DNA of 64,000 bases from the sequence record NC_025447.1; one strand, written 5' to 3'. How positions within the stretch are numbered: position 1 is the stretch's first letter; every line of letters begins with the position of its first letter. The translations under genes were made by a program, and so were the position numbers. This document shows positions 38,293-48,017 of this stretch, in pieces. The notes under the pieces are model-generated. The model saw nothing but the letters and a program-made list of their open reading frames with translations. It was not told the DNA's origin and ran no database searches. This DNA comes from Escherichia phage 121Q.

Positions 38293-39310
38293 TAAAGCAA
38301 TTACATTCACTGATATTCACTTAGGTTTAAAGAATAACAGCAAGCAACACAATGAAGATTGTTTAAACTTCATTAAATTCATGATTGATGTAGCTAAAAA
38401 AAATAATATCAAAGTTTGTGTTTTTATGGGAGATTATTTTCATAATAGAAGTAATATCAATATTCAAACACTAAACTATGGTTTACAAATTCTTCAATTA
38501 TTAAATGATAATTTTGAAAAAGTATATTTTTTAGTAGGCAACCATGATATGTATCATAAAAACAAACGTGATATAACAAGTATCAATATGGCTCAAGTTT
38601 ATGAAAATATAGAATTCATTAATGAAATTACAACCTTTGATGATTGTACTTTCATTCCATTTATGATTGAAGATGAATATAAGTTGTTACCTCAACTAAA
38701 AAGTAAGTATGTTTTTGGTCACTTAGAGTTACCAGGTTACTTGCTTAACAAGATGGTAGAAATGCCTGATCATGGAAAAGAAACAGAAGGTTCTTTTGGT
38801 GGATGTGAGTATGTTTTTAGTGGACATTTTCATAAACGACAGTCAAAAACAACTTCAAAAGGAACTCGTGTAGTTTATACTGGTAATTGTTTTCCACATA
38901 ATTTTTCCGATACATGGGATGATGCAAGAGGTGTGATGATTCTTGAACATGGCAAAGAACCTATTTTCAAGTCATGGGATAATGCACCAAAATATAGAAC
39001 ATTCACACTTTCTGAATTGTTGACTGATCCAAGCTATTATCTACAAGATAACACAATATCAAAAGTTCAAGTTGATATATCAATAACAACTGATGAGATT
39101 AGTTTTATTCGTGATACATTTACTAAACTTTATAACATTAGGGAGTTTAATGTTGTAACTAGCAAGCAAAGTATTTCAGAATTAATCGAAGATGGTGTTA
39201 GTTTTGAAAGTACTGAATCAGTTGATGAGATAGTTTTACAGCAAATTATGGAAATTGATTCACCAATGTTTGATAAAAATCTTCTAATCCAAATTTACAG
39301 ATCGTTATAA
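38279..39310 (+). CDS. Mre11/SbcD-like recombination nuclease (T4 gp47-like)
   Basis: Calcineurin-like phosphoesterase motifs TDIHLG, GDYFH, GNHD, GHLE and GHFH. Start set to the ATG at 38279 (AAAGGA 9 nt upstream); the ORF-track start is a TTG. Confidence 0.8.
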   Translation: MALFDKAITFTDIHLGLKNNSKQHNEDCLNFIKFMIDVAKKNNIKVCVFMGDYFHNRSNINIQTLNYGLQILQLLNDNFEKVYFLVGNHDMYHKNKRDITSINMAQVYENIEFINEITTFDDCTFIPFMIEDEYKLLPQLKSKYVFGHLELPGYLLNKMVEMPDHGKETEGSFGGCEYVFSGHFHKRQSKTTSKGTRVVYTGNCFPHNFSDTWDDARGVMILEHGKEPIFKSWDNAPKYRTFTLSELLTDPSYYLQDNTISKVQVDISITTDEISFIRDTFTKLYNIREFNVVTSKQSISELIEDGVSFESTESVDEIVLQQIMEIDSPMFDKNLLIQIYRSL

Positions 39311-39318
39311 GGGACTAT

Positions 39319-41466
39319 ATGCTAAACATTACACGTATATCTATGAGGAACTTCTTTTCATTTGGTAATGCACCACAATCAATTGATTTGAATGGTTCCG
39401 ACATTTCATTAGTACTGGGTCAAAATAATGATGCAGTTATTGAAGGTGGTGACAGTACCGGACGTCGAAATGGTGTAGGGAAAAGTGCTATTATTCAAGG
39501 ATTAGTTTTTGGATTATTTGGTAAAAGTATTGGTAATGATATTAAAATTCCGAACCTAGTCAATAAAACTAATGGCAAAAATTGTGAAGTAGTTGTAGAG
39601 TTTGAAAAAGATGGTGTACAATATCTGGTTGAACGTGGGAGAAGTCCCACGTATTTCAATTTTGTTACTTTAGGGAAAGATAATAAAATTGAAGATGAAT
39701 CAAGGGGAGAAAAGAAAGACACACAAGAAGATTTGAATGAAATTCTTGGTATATCTCAATTATTATTTGAACATATTGTAGTACTGAATGCTAACGTTGA
39801 ACCTTTCTTAGCTTTATCCACACAAAAACAACGTGATATGATAGAAGAACTTCTTGGAATAACACAGTTGACGGAAAAAGCTGAAATGCTAAAGGAGATG
39901 TATAAGGATACTAAACGTTTAGCCGAACAAGAAAAGTTCAAAAATGAAACTGTAGCTGCAAGTAATGAACGTATTCAAAAAAGTATTGAGGCACTACAAG
40001 AACAGGCAAACCAGTTTGAAATTGATAAAAATAATAGAGTATCTAAGTTAAATGAAGAGTTGAATATATATAAAACTTTAGACTTTAATGACCTCTATGA
40101 AGCTGCTGACATAAAAGAGAAAGCTCTTATTCATAACGCAAAGCGTGGTGAAATCGAACGCCGTGTACAAGAGTTGGCTTTAAAATTTGATGCATATGAC
40201 CGTGAACTTGAAAGATCTAAAAGAGCATTAAATCTAAGCATTGATAAGCTAAAAACTATTGATATTAGTGCAGAATTGGAAAATCATAATGAGTTGGAGA
40301 TATGGAAACAGTTAGAGGGTATTCTAAAAGAGAATAATAACCAAAAACGTTTCAAAGAACAAAAACTAAACTCACTAAAAATAGCTTTAAAAGGATATGA
40401 ATGTTCAATTAATGCTGAAATTGACAAATTATCAACAGTTGAAAACAGCAAATGTCCACTTTGTATGTCTGAATTGGAACATAACGAACATACTTCTTCA
40501 ATTAAAGACAAAATCCAAAGTACTATTAATGATCTTCGAGCTAAAATTGATAGTTCTTCTTCTGAAATTGAAACATTACTTCAAGAAATTGATAGTATTG
40601 AGATTTTTGATATGCCACCTAAACCTGTGACATATTATAATACACTTTCGGAAGCACAAATGCATGAACATAAGCTTCAAGAATTGGTCAGAAAGAGTGA
40701 AGAAGAACCAATAAACATCTATGCAAATGAACTTATGTCATCATATGATGAACTTAACTCATATGAACTAATGGAAGTTCCAGATACATTAAACAAATAT
40801 GAAGTTAAAGAGTTAGAAATGACTGTAAATTCATTATCACAGCAATTAGATCGTGAATTGAAGACTACTAACACATTTATTAGCCAAATTAATACTCTGA
40901 AGACTGATTCTTTAGTACCAATCGATTATAGCGACTATAATAATCTTGATAAAATGTCAAATCACCAAGATTTCTTGGTTAAATTACTTTTAAACAAGGA
41001 TTCTTATGTCCGTAAACGTATTATTGAGCAAAATATCTCATATTTGAATACACGTCTCCAGTACTATATCGATATGTGCGGTTCTGAGCATAATGTTGTG
41101 TTTTTGAATGATTTGAGTGTTGAAATTGAGAAGAGTGGACAGTACTTTGACTATAAACAGCTTAGTAGAGGTGAGCGTACAAGGGTAAACATCGCATTAT
41201 CTTGTGCTTTCCGTGATACATATGAGTCATTATACCAAAGTATTAATATTCTTATCATTGATGAGATGATTGACCAAGGTCTTGACTCAAGTGGTGTTCT
41301 ACGTGTGTGGTCTATCTTCCAAGATATGGCTGCTGTACGTGGTAAGAACGTTTATGCTATTTCCCACAGAGAAGAGTTACTATCTAAGACTGAAAAAATC
41401 CTCAAAGTTGTTAAAGAGGACGGTTTCAGTACTGTTGAATATGCAACCCTTGACGATGTTTTCTAA
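39319..41466 (+). CDS. Rad50/SbcC-like ATPase (T4 gp46-like)
   Basis: 715 aa; P-loop GRRNGVGKSA, long coiled-coil middle with CxxC zinc hook (NSKCPLC), signature LSRGERTRVNIALSCA, Walker B ILIIDE. Confidence 0.8.
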   Translation: MLNITRISMRNFFSFGNAPQSIDLNGSDISLVLGQNNDAVIEGGDSTGRRNGVGKSAIIQGLVFGLFGKSIGNDIKIPNLVNKTNGKNCEVVVEFEKDGVQYLVERGRSPTYFNFVTLGKDNKIEDESRGEKKDTQEDLNEILGISQLLFEHIVVLNANVEPFLALSTQKQRDMIEELLGITQLTEKAEMLKEMYKDTKRLAEQEKFKNETVAASNERIQKSIEALQEQANQFEIDKNNRVSKLNEELNIYKTLDFNDLYEAADIKEKALIHNAKRGEIERRVQELALKFDAYDRELERSKRALNLSIDKLKTIDISAELENHNELEIWKQLEGILKENNNQKRFKEQKLNSLKIALKGYECSINAEIDKLSTVENSKCPLCMSELEHNEHTSSIKDKIQSTINDLRAKIDSSSSEIETLLQEIDSIEIFDMPPKPVTYYNTLSEAQMHEHKLQELVRKSEEEPINIYANELMSSYDELNSYELMEVPDTLNKYEVKELEMTVNSLSQQLDRELKTTNTFISQINTLKTDSLVPIDYSDYNNLDKMSNHQDFLVKLLLNKDSYVRKRIIEQNISYLNTRLQYYIDMCGSEHNVVFLNDLSVEIEKSGQYFDYKQLSRGERTRVNIALSCAFRDTYESLYQSINILIIDEMIDQGLDSSGVLRVWSIFQDMAAVRGKNVYAISHREELLSKTEKILKVVKEDGFSTVEYATLDDVF

Positions 41467-41477
41467 TTAAAGATAAA

Positions 41478-41500
41478 GGGAGCCTTAGCTCCCTTTTTTT
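41478..41500 (+). terminator. Rho-independent terminator (between convergent genes)
   Basis: Stem GGGAGC/GCTCCC with CTTA loop (41478-41493) then a T-run; overlaps the stop of the minus-strand gene. Confidence 0.6.
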
Positions 41501-41976
41501 ATATCAACCATATTTAATTTACCGTCCTTAATCAGCTTTCTAGCTTGCTTTACACGAGCAGTAGTGTTACTACCAGGGACAACTCCTAACCCTTCCAGAA
41601 TCGCGTTTTGCTGTGTTGCTGGAAGCCTTTTAAACTTATTAACATCCACAGTTAGTGCAGTGTGATGTATAACTTGTTCATCGTCAGGAATGCTGTTATT
41701 ACGCTCTAAGTAATCAGCAAGATTTCTGAGTACCTCATATAATGGTTTATCAGTTAAGTGCTTCATATATCGATTGAAGCTGTTTTGTACCTTTCCTTCC
41801 CAAGCATTGACTTCATTTTGAAGAACTTGTCTACAATGTTGGTTTCCATAGTGGTAGTGATCCAGTACTGGTTTAGTTATTGGTTCTTTAATTATAGGAT
41901 CTATTCCATTTTGTTTCTTTAGTAATTCGTTTCGATAGTTTGCAGCATCCTTACTATCTTTTAATCTTTTTTTCAT
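41485..41976 (-). CDS. Endonuclease VII-like protein (junction resolvase or homing-endonuclease-like)
   Basis: 163 aa; VLDHYHYGNQHCRQVLQNEVNAWEGKVQNSFNRY resembles the T4 endonuclease VII core (HLDHDHELNG...AAEGQMKHKFNR) as I recall it; minus-strand TATAAATA at 42007-42014 upstream. Confidence 0.5.
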   Translation of the reverse strand: MKKRLKDSKDAANYRNELLKKQNGIDPIIKEPITKPVLDHYHYGNQHCRQVLQNEVNAWEGKVQNSFNRYMKHLTDKPLYEVLRNLADYLERNNSIPDDEQVIHHTALTVDVNKFKRLPATQQNAILEGLGVVPGSNTTARVKQARKLIKDGKLNMVDIKKGS

Positions 41977-42006
41977 AATTCCTCACCAAACTATTTGTTA
42001 TCAAAA

Positions 42007-42014
42007 TATTTATA
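42007..42014 (-). promoter_or_regulatory. T4-type late promoter TATAAATA
   Basis: Minus strand reads TATAAATA about 30 nt upstream of the ATG at 41976. Confidence 0.45.
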
Positions 42015-42067
42015 GATTAGTTATTTGCAATATTTTAAGTACTTAATGAATATTTTTATAAAAATAG

Positions 42068-42096
42068 TGAGACAACTTTAAAGTTTGTGCTATAAT
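42068..42096 (+). promoter_or_regulatory. Sigma70-type promoter (TGAGAC-N17-TATAAT) with no downstream ORF
   Basis: TGAGAC 42068-42073, 17-nt spacer, TGTGCTATAAT with TATAAT at 42091-42096. Confidence 0.5.
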
Positions 42097-42102
42097 GTTT
42101 GT

Positions 42103-42557
42103 TGTAGTAATGACAATCCTGTTGAATGCAGAAATGCATATAAATTAGAACCTGATCCTATCGAAAATGTAGATGGCAGATGAGCAGTTCAACAGTGCGA
42201 TGAGCAAAAGAAACCCGTTAGATGTGGGCATAGTTTGAACCCCTCACGGCAATGCGGCTCAATAAAGAACTCCGATAAGCATACAGAGAGTTCCTCGATA
42301 GACATATAAGGATCGCACCTTACCAGATTTGCTAAGGGAGTTTATTAAGTGATTTTAATAAACAGCCTGAAGTTTGATTGTATAGACTTTCAGGTGAGTG
42401 TCAGGATGATTAAGACTGACGACCGTTGCACATGACTGCGATAGAGAGAAACAGAGCAACCCGCTTTCGTTCTTAATATATTTTTAAGAAATTCGCAATA
42501 CAATAAATGCTGAAACCATCAGCGTCAAGAAATAGAGACTTCATTGTCTCTTTTTTA
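42103..42557 (+). ncRNA. Candidate structured non-coding RNA (~450 nt), function unknown
   Basis: Bracketed by the promoter at 42068-42096 and the terminator at 42534-42557; no ORF of 60 aa or more on either strand; visibly more GC-rich than its surroundings; several local hairpins (CCTGAA/TTCAGG, GTCAG/CTGAC, GTTGC/GCAAC, CCTTA/TAAGG). No tRNA T-loop signature found. Confidence 0.4.
42534..42557 (+). terminator. Rho-independent terminator
   Basis: AGAGAC-TTCATT-GTCTCT followed by TTTTTT. Confidence 0.6.
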
Positions 42558-42773
42558 TTGTCTTCATTCCCCTGCGGGGGGATGAAAATGTCCTCAACAA
42601 ATCCCGTCAAGTATTAAATCTTTTAAAGTTCTTTATAATTAATTTAATTAAATGAATATGAGTTACGTAGTAACGAATATTCTTCAGCTAACGAATGAAA
42701 TGAGTTAGATGAATCCAATAATATTAAAATTAATCCTTTCATAATTCAATTCAAATAATTCTGTAGTTTAAAA

Positions 42774-42801
42774 CCAAAAAAAACCAGCAACAATGTGCTG
42801 G
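42774..42801 (-). terminator. Rho-independent terminator of the minus-strand operon ending at 42813
   Basis: Stem CCAGCA/TGCTGG (42784-42801); the plus-strand A-run 42774-42783 is a T-run on the minus strand. Confidence 0.55.
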
Positions 42802-42812
42802 CTATATGAAAA

Positions 42813-43022
42813 TTAGTGCTTCTCGTTTTGTTTTTTAATTTTTTTATTAAAAGACTTAACTAATAAGTCTCTATCTATTAATGGCATATTAAGGAGTGTT
42901 CCATAGTCAATGTTATCCATATATACAGAACATTCCATTAGTGCATTTTTGATTTCTGACTTATTCAGTTCTATCTCCTTCAGTACTTCTTGTATTTCTT
43001 CAGGAGATGACTGGAGAAGCAT
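42813..43022 (-). CDS. Hypothetical small protein
   Basis: 69-aa ORF with 1-nt overlap to the upstream gene; charged, coiled-coil-like. Confidence 0.35.
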   Translation of the reverse strand: MLLQSSPEEIQEVLKEIELNKSEIKNALMECSVYMDNIDYGTLLNMPLIDRDLLVKSFNKKIKKQNEKH

Positions 43023-43858
43023 TACTCGAAAAAATGACTAGGATCATATTTTAGTCCATCAATTTCCCATTGATGATTACATCCATCACATTCTACTTCC
43101 ATACTATGTGATACTCCAATTTCAAGTACTTCATCCATTTTTTCACGAATTAGTTTAAGTACTCCCTTCGATTGTTGTCCAAGCCATTCATTAATAAATT
43201 CTTTTTCAACTACTTCATCACCATCTGGTGTTATAATTTTTGCAATAACTCCACCGATCATGTCGAAGTTAAGTTGAGCCATGTTTTCAAATACTTCAGA
43301 AAATATTTTTACTTTTTCATCTTTATCAATATCAGCAGTTTCAAGAAACTTAGTCTTCTGTTGCTCACTGAACATGCGTTCAGCAAACGATGAATATTCT
43401 TTCCATGTCAGTGGTCTAAATTCTAAACGGAGTCCATTATCTAAATCAATTGATGGGATTTCTTCAAATGCTTGTGCAGTTTCAAGAAGATATGATAGAT
43501 TACGCTCAAATCGACCTTCTTTTTCACATTCAGGACATACAACGTTAATATCATATGTTTCTTCTTTAGAAGCAACTTTAATAGCAATAAGAAGCATTTC
43601 AACGTCATTTACATACAACTCATCAGCGTCAATTACATTAGGAACACAGTTTTCAATAACACGGGATACTGCATCTCCGTTTAGTAACATATCGGGGGTA
43701 TTAAGTGTCATTTCATCACGTGCACTACGTGCACAAACTCCACATTTGACACCTTTTGGACCTAGAACTCCTTCTTTATAAGGAATAACGCCGTTTGTAA
43801 CTAACTTAGTACTGATCTCTTCAATTTTAGTGTACTTAGCAAGTGGATTCATAGCCAT
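43022..43858 (-). CDS. Hypothetical Cys-rich, probably zinc-binding protein
   Basis: 278 aa with three CxxC pairs (CGVC, CPEC, CDGC); function not assigned. Confidence 0.45.
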   Translation of the reverse strand: MAMNPLAKYTKIEEISTKLVTNGVIPYKEGVLGPKGVKCGVCARSARDEMTLNTPDMLLNGDAVSRVIENCVPNVIDADELYVNDVEMLLIAIKVASKEETYDINVVCPECEKEGRFERNLSYLLETAQAFEEIPSIDLDNGLRLEFRPLTWKEYSSFAERMFSEQQKTKFLETADIDKDEKVKIFSEVFENMAQLNFDMIGGVIAKIITPDGDEVVEKEFINEWLGQQSKGVLKLIREKMDEVLEIGVSHSMEVECDGCNHQWEIDGLKYDPSHFFE

Positions 43859-43988
43859 TTTATTAAATCTCCATGTAATAAATGTGTTTTAGTATTTATA
43901 AGACCAAAAAAGATTAAATTAAACTAATTTTTATATTCTCTATAGTTTCATAAATATTTCTATAATACATCTATTAAAAGGGAATGTT

Positions 43989-46193
43989 ATGGCTGGAAAT
44001 ACAAGTGATTACCTACTCCAGCAGTTGGTTAATCAAACTAAAGATAACAACGATAGTTTGAGTGCTATACGTGAGTTATTGGCTGAAAATATAAAAAATG
44101 ATAGAAAGAAATCCGGTTCTAAAAGTGGAAAACGTAATGGAAGTAATTCATCAAGTACTGGAAACCGTGGCTCTCGAACAAATAACAAAGCTGATGATGG
44201 TAAAGAATTTGGAAAAATATTTAAATCATTATCATCTGAAGTATCGAATGTCGGCAAAACTATGATGAGTACGTCTGCAAACGTTAGCAATGTTGTAAAC
44301 TCACTAGGAATGAGTGCATCTTCATTTGCTGGTTCATTAGCAATGATCCCAGGTCCAGTTGGTGCAGCAGCATCTGCCTTCAAATTGGTTGCTGACGCTG
44401 GTTTAGCAGTTTATAATGTGTTAAATGCACAGCTTGAAGTTTATAATAGAATAAACAGTGCTGGTGTCGCTCTATCTGAAGGTTACGGCTCCATATTAAA
44501 AGGTGCTGGTGCATCAATGATGAGTATTGATGCATTTGGTGAAGCATTACAAACTCATAGTGCCGTTGTTGCACAATTAGATGGTGCATATGGTGATGGT
44601 GTTTCTACATTTGGTAAATTATTGGGTACTGTGCAACAAGCACAAAATCAATTAGGTTTATATGGTGTTTCTCAAAAAACATTAACTGATTTAACTGCAC
44701 GTAATATTAAATTCCAAAAGCAATTTGGTGGAAGAGAAATGTTACGTAGTATGGATCAAGCAAAAAGTACTGAACAGTTTATCATGAGCATGACTAAGTT
44801 CAGTAAAAGCATGGGTGAGTCAGTTGATGCACTATTAAATAAAACACAAAACTTAGATAAATCATTAGACACACGTTCAATGCAAATCGCATTACAAAAC
44901 TATTCTGGATTATCTAGTAAAGCAGCAGTTGCAACATCAAAAGCATTTAACGAAGCGGCTGCCAGTATGGGTGATGCTGGTGCAGATTTTCTACGTTTAA
45001 TTTCACATCGTTTAACTATTGGTGGAGTACCAGATGATTTATTGACTCCAGTACTGAACCAATTTGCTGATTTAGGTGAGAACTTGGTACGTAGTGGTGT
45101 TACTGATTCACAAGAAATTCGCCGTCAACAATTGGAATTTGTTAAAAAGAACAAAGAACTAATAAAGCAAGATTTATTAAATCAGATACAATTAGGAAAC
45201 ACTACGGCAGCAACCTTCAACCAACAACTACTTGATATGGAAGCTGCGATTAATGATCCTAAGAGTCAACCAGCAGATAAACTAACACAATTCACTGATA
45301 GATTCAATAGATGGATTAGTAAAGAATTTACTGAACCATTTAATAAAATGTATGCAGATACACAAAATTCTATTGCGGATTACCTTACTGATATTGCAGA
45401 CCGTACTGATGGTGCATGGGAATTTATCGGAGAGTTAGCACTTGATGGTTTTGGTTTGGTTCCTATTGCGAAAGATGCAGTTGCGTATTTGGATAGGATT
45501 GGTGGTGAGTTTGAGCAGTGGTTAGAAGGGTTAGGTACTGAAATTTTTGGTAGTGGATATAATAAAGTTTCAGAAGCATTTGATAGCTTTATGAATAACC
45601 TAATGGATCTTCCTGGTAAACTTTGGGATTCTGTTAAAGGTTGGTTTGGTGGTTCAGACGACAAAGTAAAAGTAGAAAACAATTCTGTTACCGATGGTGC
45701 AGAAAAAGTTAATAATTATTTTGAAGAAAAAATGAATTCATTTGGTGATTATATTTCTAGTTCATTTGATGGTTTTTTAAAATGGAATTCAAGTAGAAAC
45801 TTTAAACAACCAAAACCCCTTGATGAATCAGTTGCTGAAAAACTTATTAGTAGTGGTCTTGAAAATAAGCCAAGAGCAACTGCGAGAATCGAAAAATCTG
45901 AACATGTTGCACCATATGTTACCATAACTCCAAAAACTTTTGATAAATCAGCATGGGGTCCAAATGAACCACCAATTCAAGCTGAACCGGACGATTATGA
46001 GGCCATGAAAGCGATGATAAATAGTGGTAGTAGTATGGCAAATGCTAATAATAATGCCACAATATCAGAAGACATGAAAGAGTTACTTAAAAAACTTGCT
46101 GATGTTAATGAGCAATCTCTATCTGCTGTGCAACAGACAAATAACTATCTAAGAACTATCTCTGAAAACACTCAAGGTGAGAGAAACAGTTAA
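43989..46193 (+). CDS. Hypothetical virion protein with Gly/Ala/Ser-rich hydrophobic segments
   Basis: 734 aa; basic Ser/Gly-rich N-terminal region, hydrophobic stretch LAMIPGPVGAAASAFKLVADAGLAVYNVL; sits directly upstream of the portal gene. Confidence 0.4.
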   Translation: MAGNTSDYLLQQLVNQTKDNNDSLSAIRELLAENIKNDRKKSGSKSGKRNGSNSSSTGNRGSRTNNKADDGKEFGKIFKSLSSEVSNVGKTMMSTSANVSNVVNSLGMSASSFAGSLAMIPGPVGAAASAFKLVADAGLAVYNVLNAQLEVYNRINSAGVALSEGYGSILKGAGASMMSIDAFGEALQTHSAVVAQLDGAYGDGVSTFGKLLGTVQQAQNQLGLYGVSQKTLTDLTARNIKFQKQFGGREMLRSMDQAKSTEQFIMSMTKFSKSMGESVDALLNKTQNLDKSLDTRSMQIALQNYSGLSSKAAVATSKAFNEAAASMGDAGADFLRLISHRLTIGGVPDDLLTPVLNQFADLGENLVRSGVTDSQEIRRQQLEFVKKNKELIKQDLLNQIQLGNTTAATFNQQLLDMEAAINDPKSQPADKLTQFTDRFNRWISKEFTEPFNKMYADTQNSIADYLTDIADRTDGAWEFIGELALDGFGLVPIAKDAVAYLDRIGGEFEQWLEGLGTEIFGSGYNKVSEAFDSFMNNLMDLPGKLWDSVKGWFGGSDDKVKVENNSVTDGAEKVNNYFEEKMNSFGDYISSSFDGFLKWNSSRNFKQPKPLDESVAEKLISSGLENKPRATARIEKSEHVAPYVTITPKTFDKSAWGPNEPPIQAEPDDYEAMKAMINSGSSMANANNNATISEDMKELLKKLADVNEQSLSAVQQTNNYLRTISENTQGERNS

Positions 46194-46204
46194 GGACGAA
46201 AATA

Positions 46205-47944
46205 ATGAGTTGGAAACGACATATGACAGTGGGAAGGTCTAAACTATCGACCATCCCAAATCAGTCCAGTAATAGCAATAAATCAACAGGAACGAAAACA
46301 AATTTCGCTTCCTATCTTCCTGTTGTATATAATGGATTGGCAAACCGTACTGAGCGTTATAGTCAGTATGAGCAAATGGACCAAGATCCTGAAATTAGAA
46401 CTGCATTGAATATAATTGCTGACTTTTGTACCCAAAGTACTGAAGATTTTGGTTTACCATATAAAATCAAATATAAAGATGATATTGGTGATACTGAAGT
46501 AACGACTATTGAAGATCGTTTAGATGCATGGACTGAACAAAATGATTTTAAAACACGAATGTATGAAATTATGCGTGGTCTTCTGAAATATGGTGATCAA
46601 TTTTTCATTCGAGATCCAGAAACATTCGATTGGTATTGGGTAAGTCCCAAAAATGTTGAGCAAGTATTTGTTAACGAAGCCACTGGTAAAACACCAGTAA
46701 TTTATTATATACGTGACGTATCATTAAATTTGAAAGATAAAGTTTTTAGTAACCTTCAAGTAGGATTTGATAAAACCGCTTATCCAGGAGCTATTCCGAC
46801 AACAATGGGTGGTGGTGGTTCAGTAGCTGCGGGTGGTGCATCTGGTTTTACAAGTCAAGGAAATACTGCTGATCCATTCAGTACTAACGGTCAATTAGAC
46901 GTTATTCCTGTTGGTGCAGAACACGTAATTCATCTAACGCTAAATACAGGACAAGATGGGGTATGGCCTTTTGGTACTAGTATACTTGAGGACGTATTTA
47001 AAGTCTATAAGCAAAAAGAACTTCTGGAAGATAGTATCATAATTTATCGTGTACAACGTGCACCTGAGCGTCGTGTATTTAAAATTGATGTTGGTGATAT
47101 GCAAGCACACCAAGCAATGGCTTATGTTGAAAGATTTAAAAATGAAATCCACCAGCGTAGAATACCTTCAAACAAAGGTGGAAGTACTTCATTAATGGAT
47201 GCAGCATATAATCCATTAAGCATTTTAGAAGACTACTTTTTCCCACAAACTTCTGAAGGTCGTGGTTCAGATGTTCAAACATTACCAGGCGGTGATAACT
47301 TAGGACAAATTGATGACTTACGTTATTTCAATAATAAATTGATTCGTGGTCTTCAAATACCAGCTTCTTATCTACCACAAGGTCCAGATGATGGTGGTGT
47401 TTCATTATTTGGTGATGGTGCTACACAAGCTATGGCAAGTGAATTGCGATTCAATAATCAATGTATGCGTTATCAACGTTTAGTTGCAAAACATTTTGAT
47501 GCTGAATTCAAAAGATTTATGGTTAAAAATGGATATAACATTAGTACTTCATCTTTTGAAGTTATTATGAATCCACCTATTAACTTAGCTTCTTATCGTA
47601 AAGCTGAACTAGATGCTAAACTAATTAATACATATCTTCCTCTTAATGACTTGCCTTATATGGCGAAACAAACAATTCTTGAAAAAATGGGCTTTTCTAA
47701 AGCTGATATTGTTAAGAATGAACAAATGTGGTTACAAGAGAATCCACAAGATGGTTCCCAACCTTCTGGTGGTGAAGAAGATTCCGCAGGATTACAGTCT
47801 GTTGGTATTGATGCTCCAAATGATCCTGGAATGGATCTTGGTATTGATGGAGAAGGTAATTTGGAAAGTGCTGATGCCGAATACCAAGAGCAACAGAGTG
47901 GAAGTGGTGGTTTCAACCCTAATAATTTAGGCAATTCTTTTTAA
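46205..47944 (+). CDS. Portal protein (T4 gp20-like)
   Basis: LEDSIIIYRVQRAPERRVFKIDVGDM...TLPGGDNLGQIDDLRYFNNKLIRGLQIP aligns with T4 gp20 [26 protein letters not shown]...[28 protein letters not shown] as recalled. Confidence 0.85.
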   Translation: MSWKRHMTVGRSKLSTIPNQSSNSNKSTGTKTNFASYLPVVYNGLANRTERYSQYEQMDQDPEIRTALNIIADFCTQSTEDFGLPYKIKYKDDIGDTEVTTIEDRLDAWTEQNDFKTRMYEIMRGLLKYGDQFFIRDPETFDWYWVSPKNVEQVFVNEATGKTPVIYYIRDVSLNLKDKVFSNLQVGFDKTAYPGAIPTTMGGGGSVAAGGASGFTSQGNTADPFSTNGQLDVIPVGAEHVIHLTLNTGQDGVWPFGTSILEDVFKVYKQKELLEDSIIIYRVQRAPERRVFKIDVGDMQAHQAMAYVERFKNEIHQRRIPSNKGGSTSLMDAAYNPLSILEDYFFPQTSEGRGSDVQTLPGGDNLGQIDDLRYFNNKLIRGLQIPASYLPQGPDDGGVSLFGDGATQAMASELRFNNQCMRYQRLVAKHFDAEFKRFMVKNGYNISTSSFEVIMNPPINLASYRKAELDAKLINTYLPLNDLPYMAKQTILEKMGFSKADIVKNEQMWLQENPQDGSQPSGGEEDSAGLQSVGIDAPNDPGMDLGIDGEGNLESADAEYQEQQSGSGGFNPNNLGNSF

Positions 47945-47965
47945 ACATAAATAACAGTGTATAAG

Positions 47966-47991
47966 AATGAGGGTTTATTTTTACCCTCATT
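47966..47991 (+). other. Perfect 9-bp stem-loop after the portal gene
   Basis: AATGAGGGT-TTATTTTT-ACCCTCATT, followed by TATAAT. Confidence 0.4.
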
Positions 47992-48017
47992 TATAATGCA
48001 TATTTCAAGGAGATCAA

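Noticed and set aside
42100-42560. Possible tRNA or tmRNA genes in the ORF-free region
   Set aside because: I found no GTTCRANYC T-loop flanked by a 5-bp stem and no CCA-proximal acceptor pattern on either strand by eye; the closest candidates (for example near 42236) lack complementary T-stems. A covariance-model search is still needed.
43281-43781. Plus-strand 166-aa ORF
   Set aside because: Fully inside the minus-strand 43022-43858 gene, which carries the CxxC motifs; no ribosome-binding site.
43022-43858. Assignment of the Cys-rich 278-aa protein to a specific T4 protein (for example gp2)
   Set aside because: Only the size and zinc-binding character are comparable; I cannot recall enough of the T4 sequences to support a homology claim.
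43989-46193. Calling the 734-aa protein a tail tape measure
   Set aside because: The hydrophobic Gly/Ala-rich segments are suggestive but its position beside the portal gene does not fit the baseplate-operon context; left as hypothetical.
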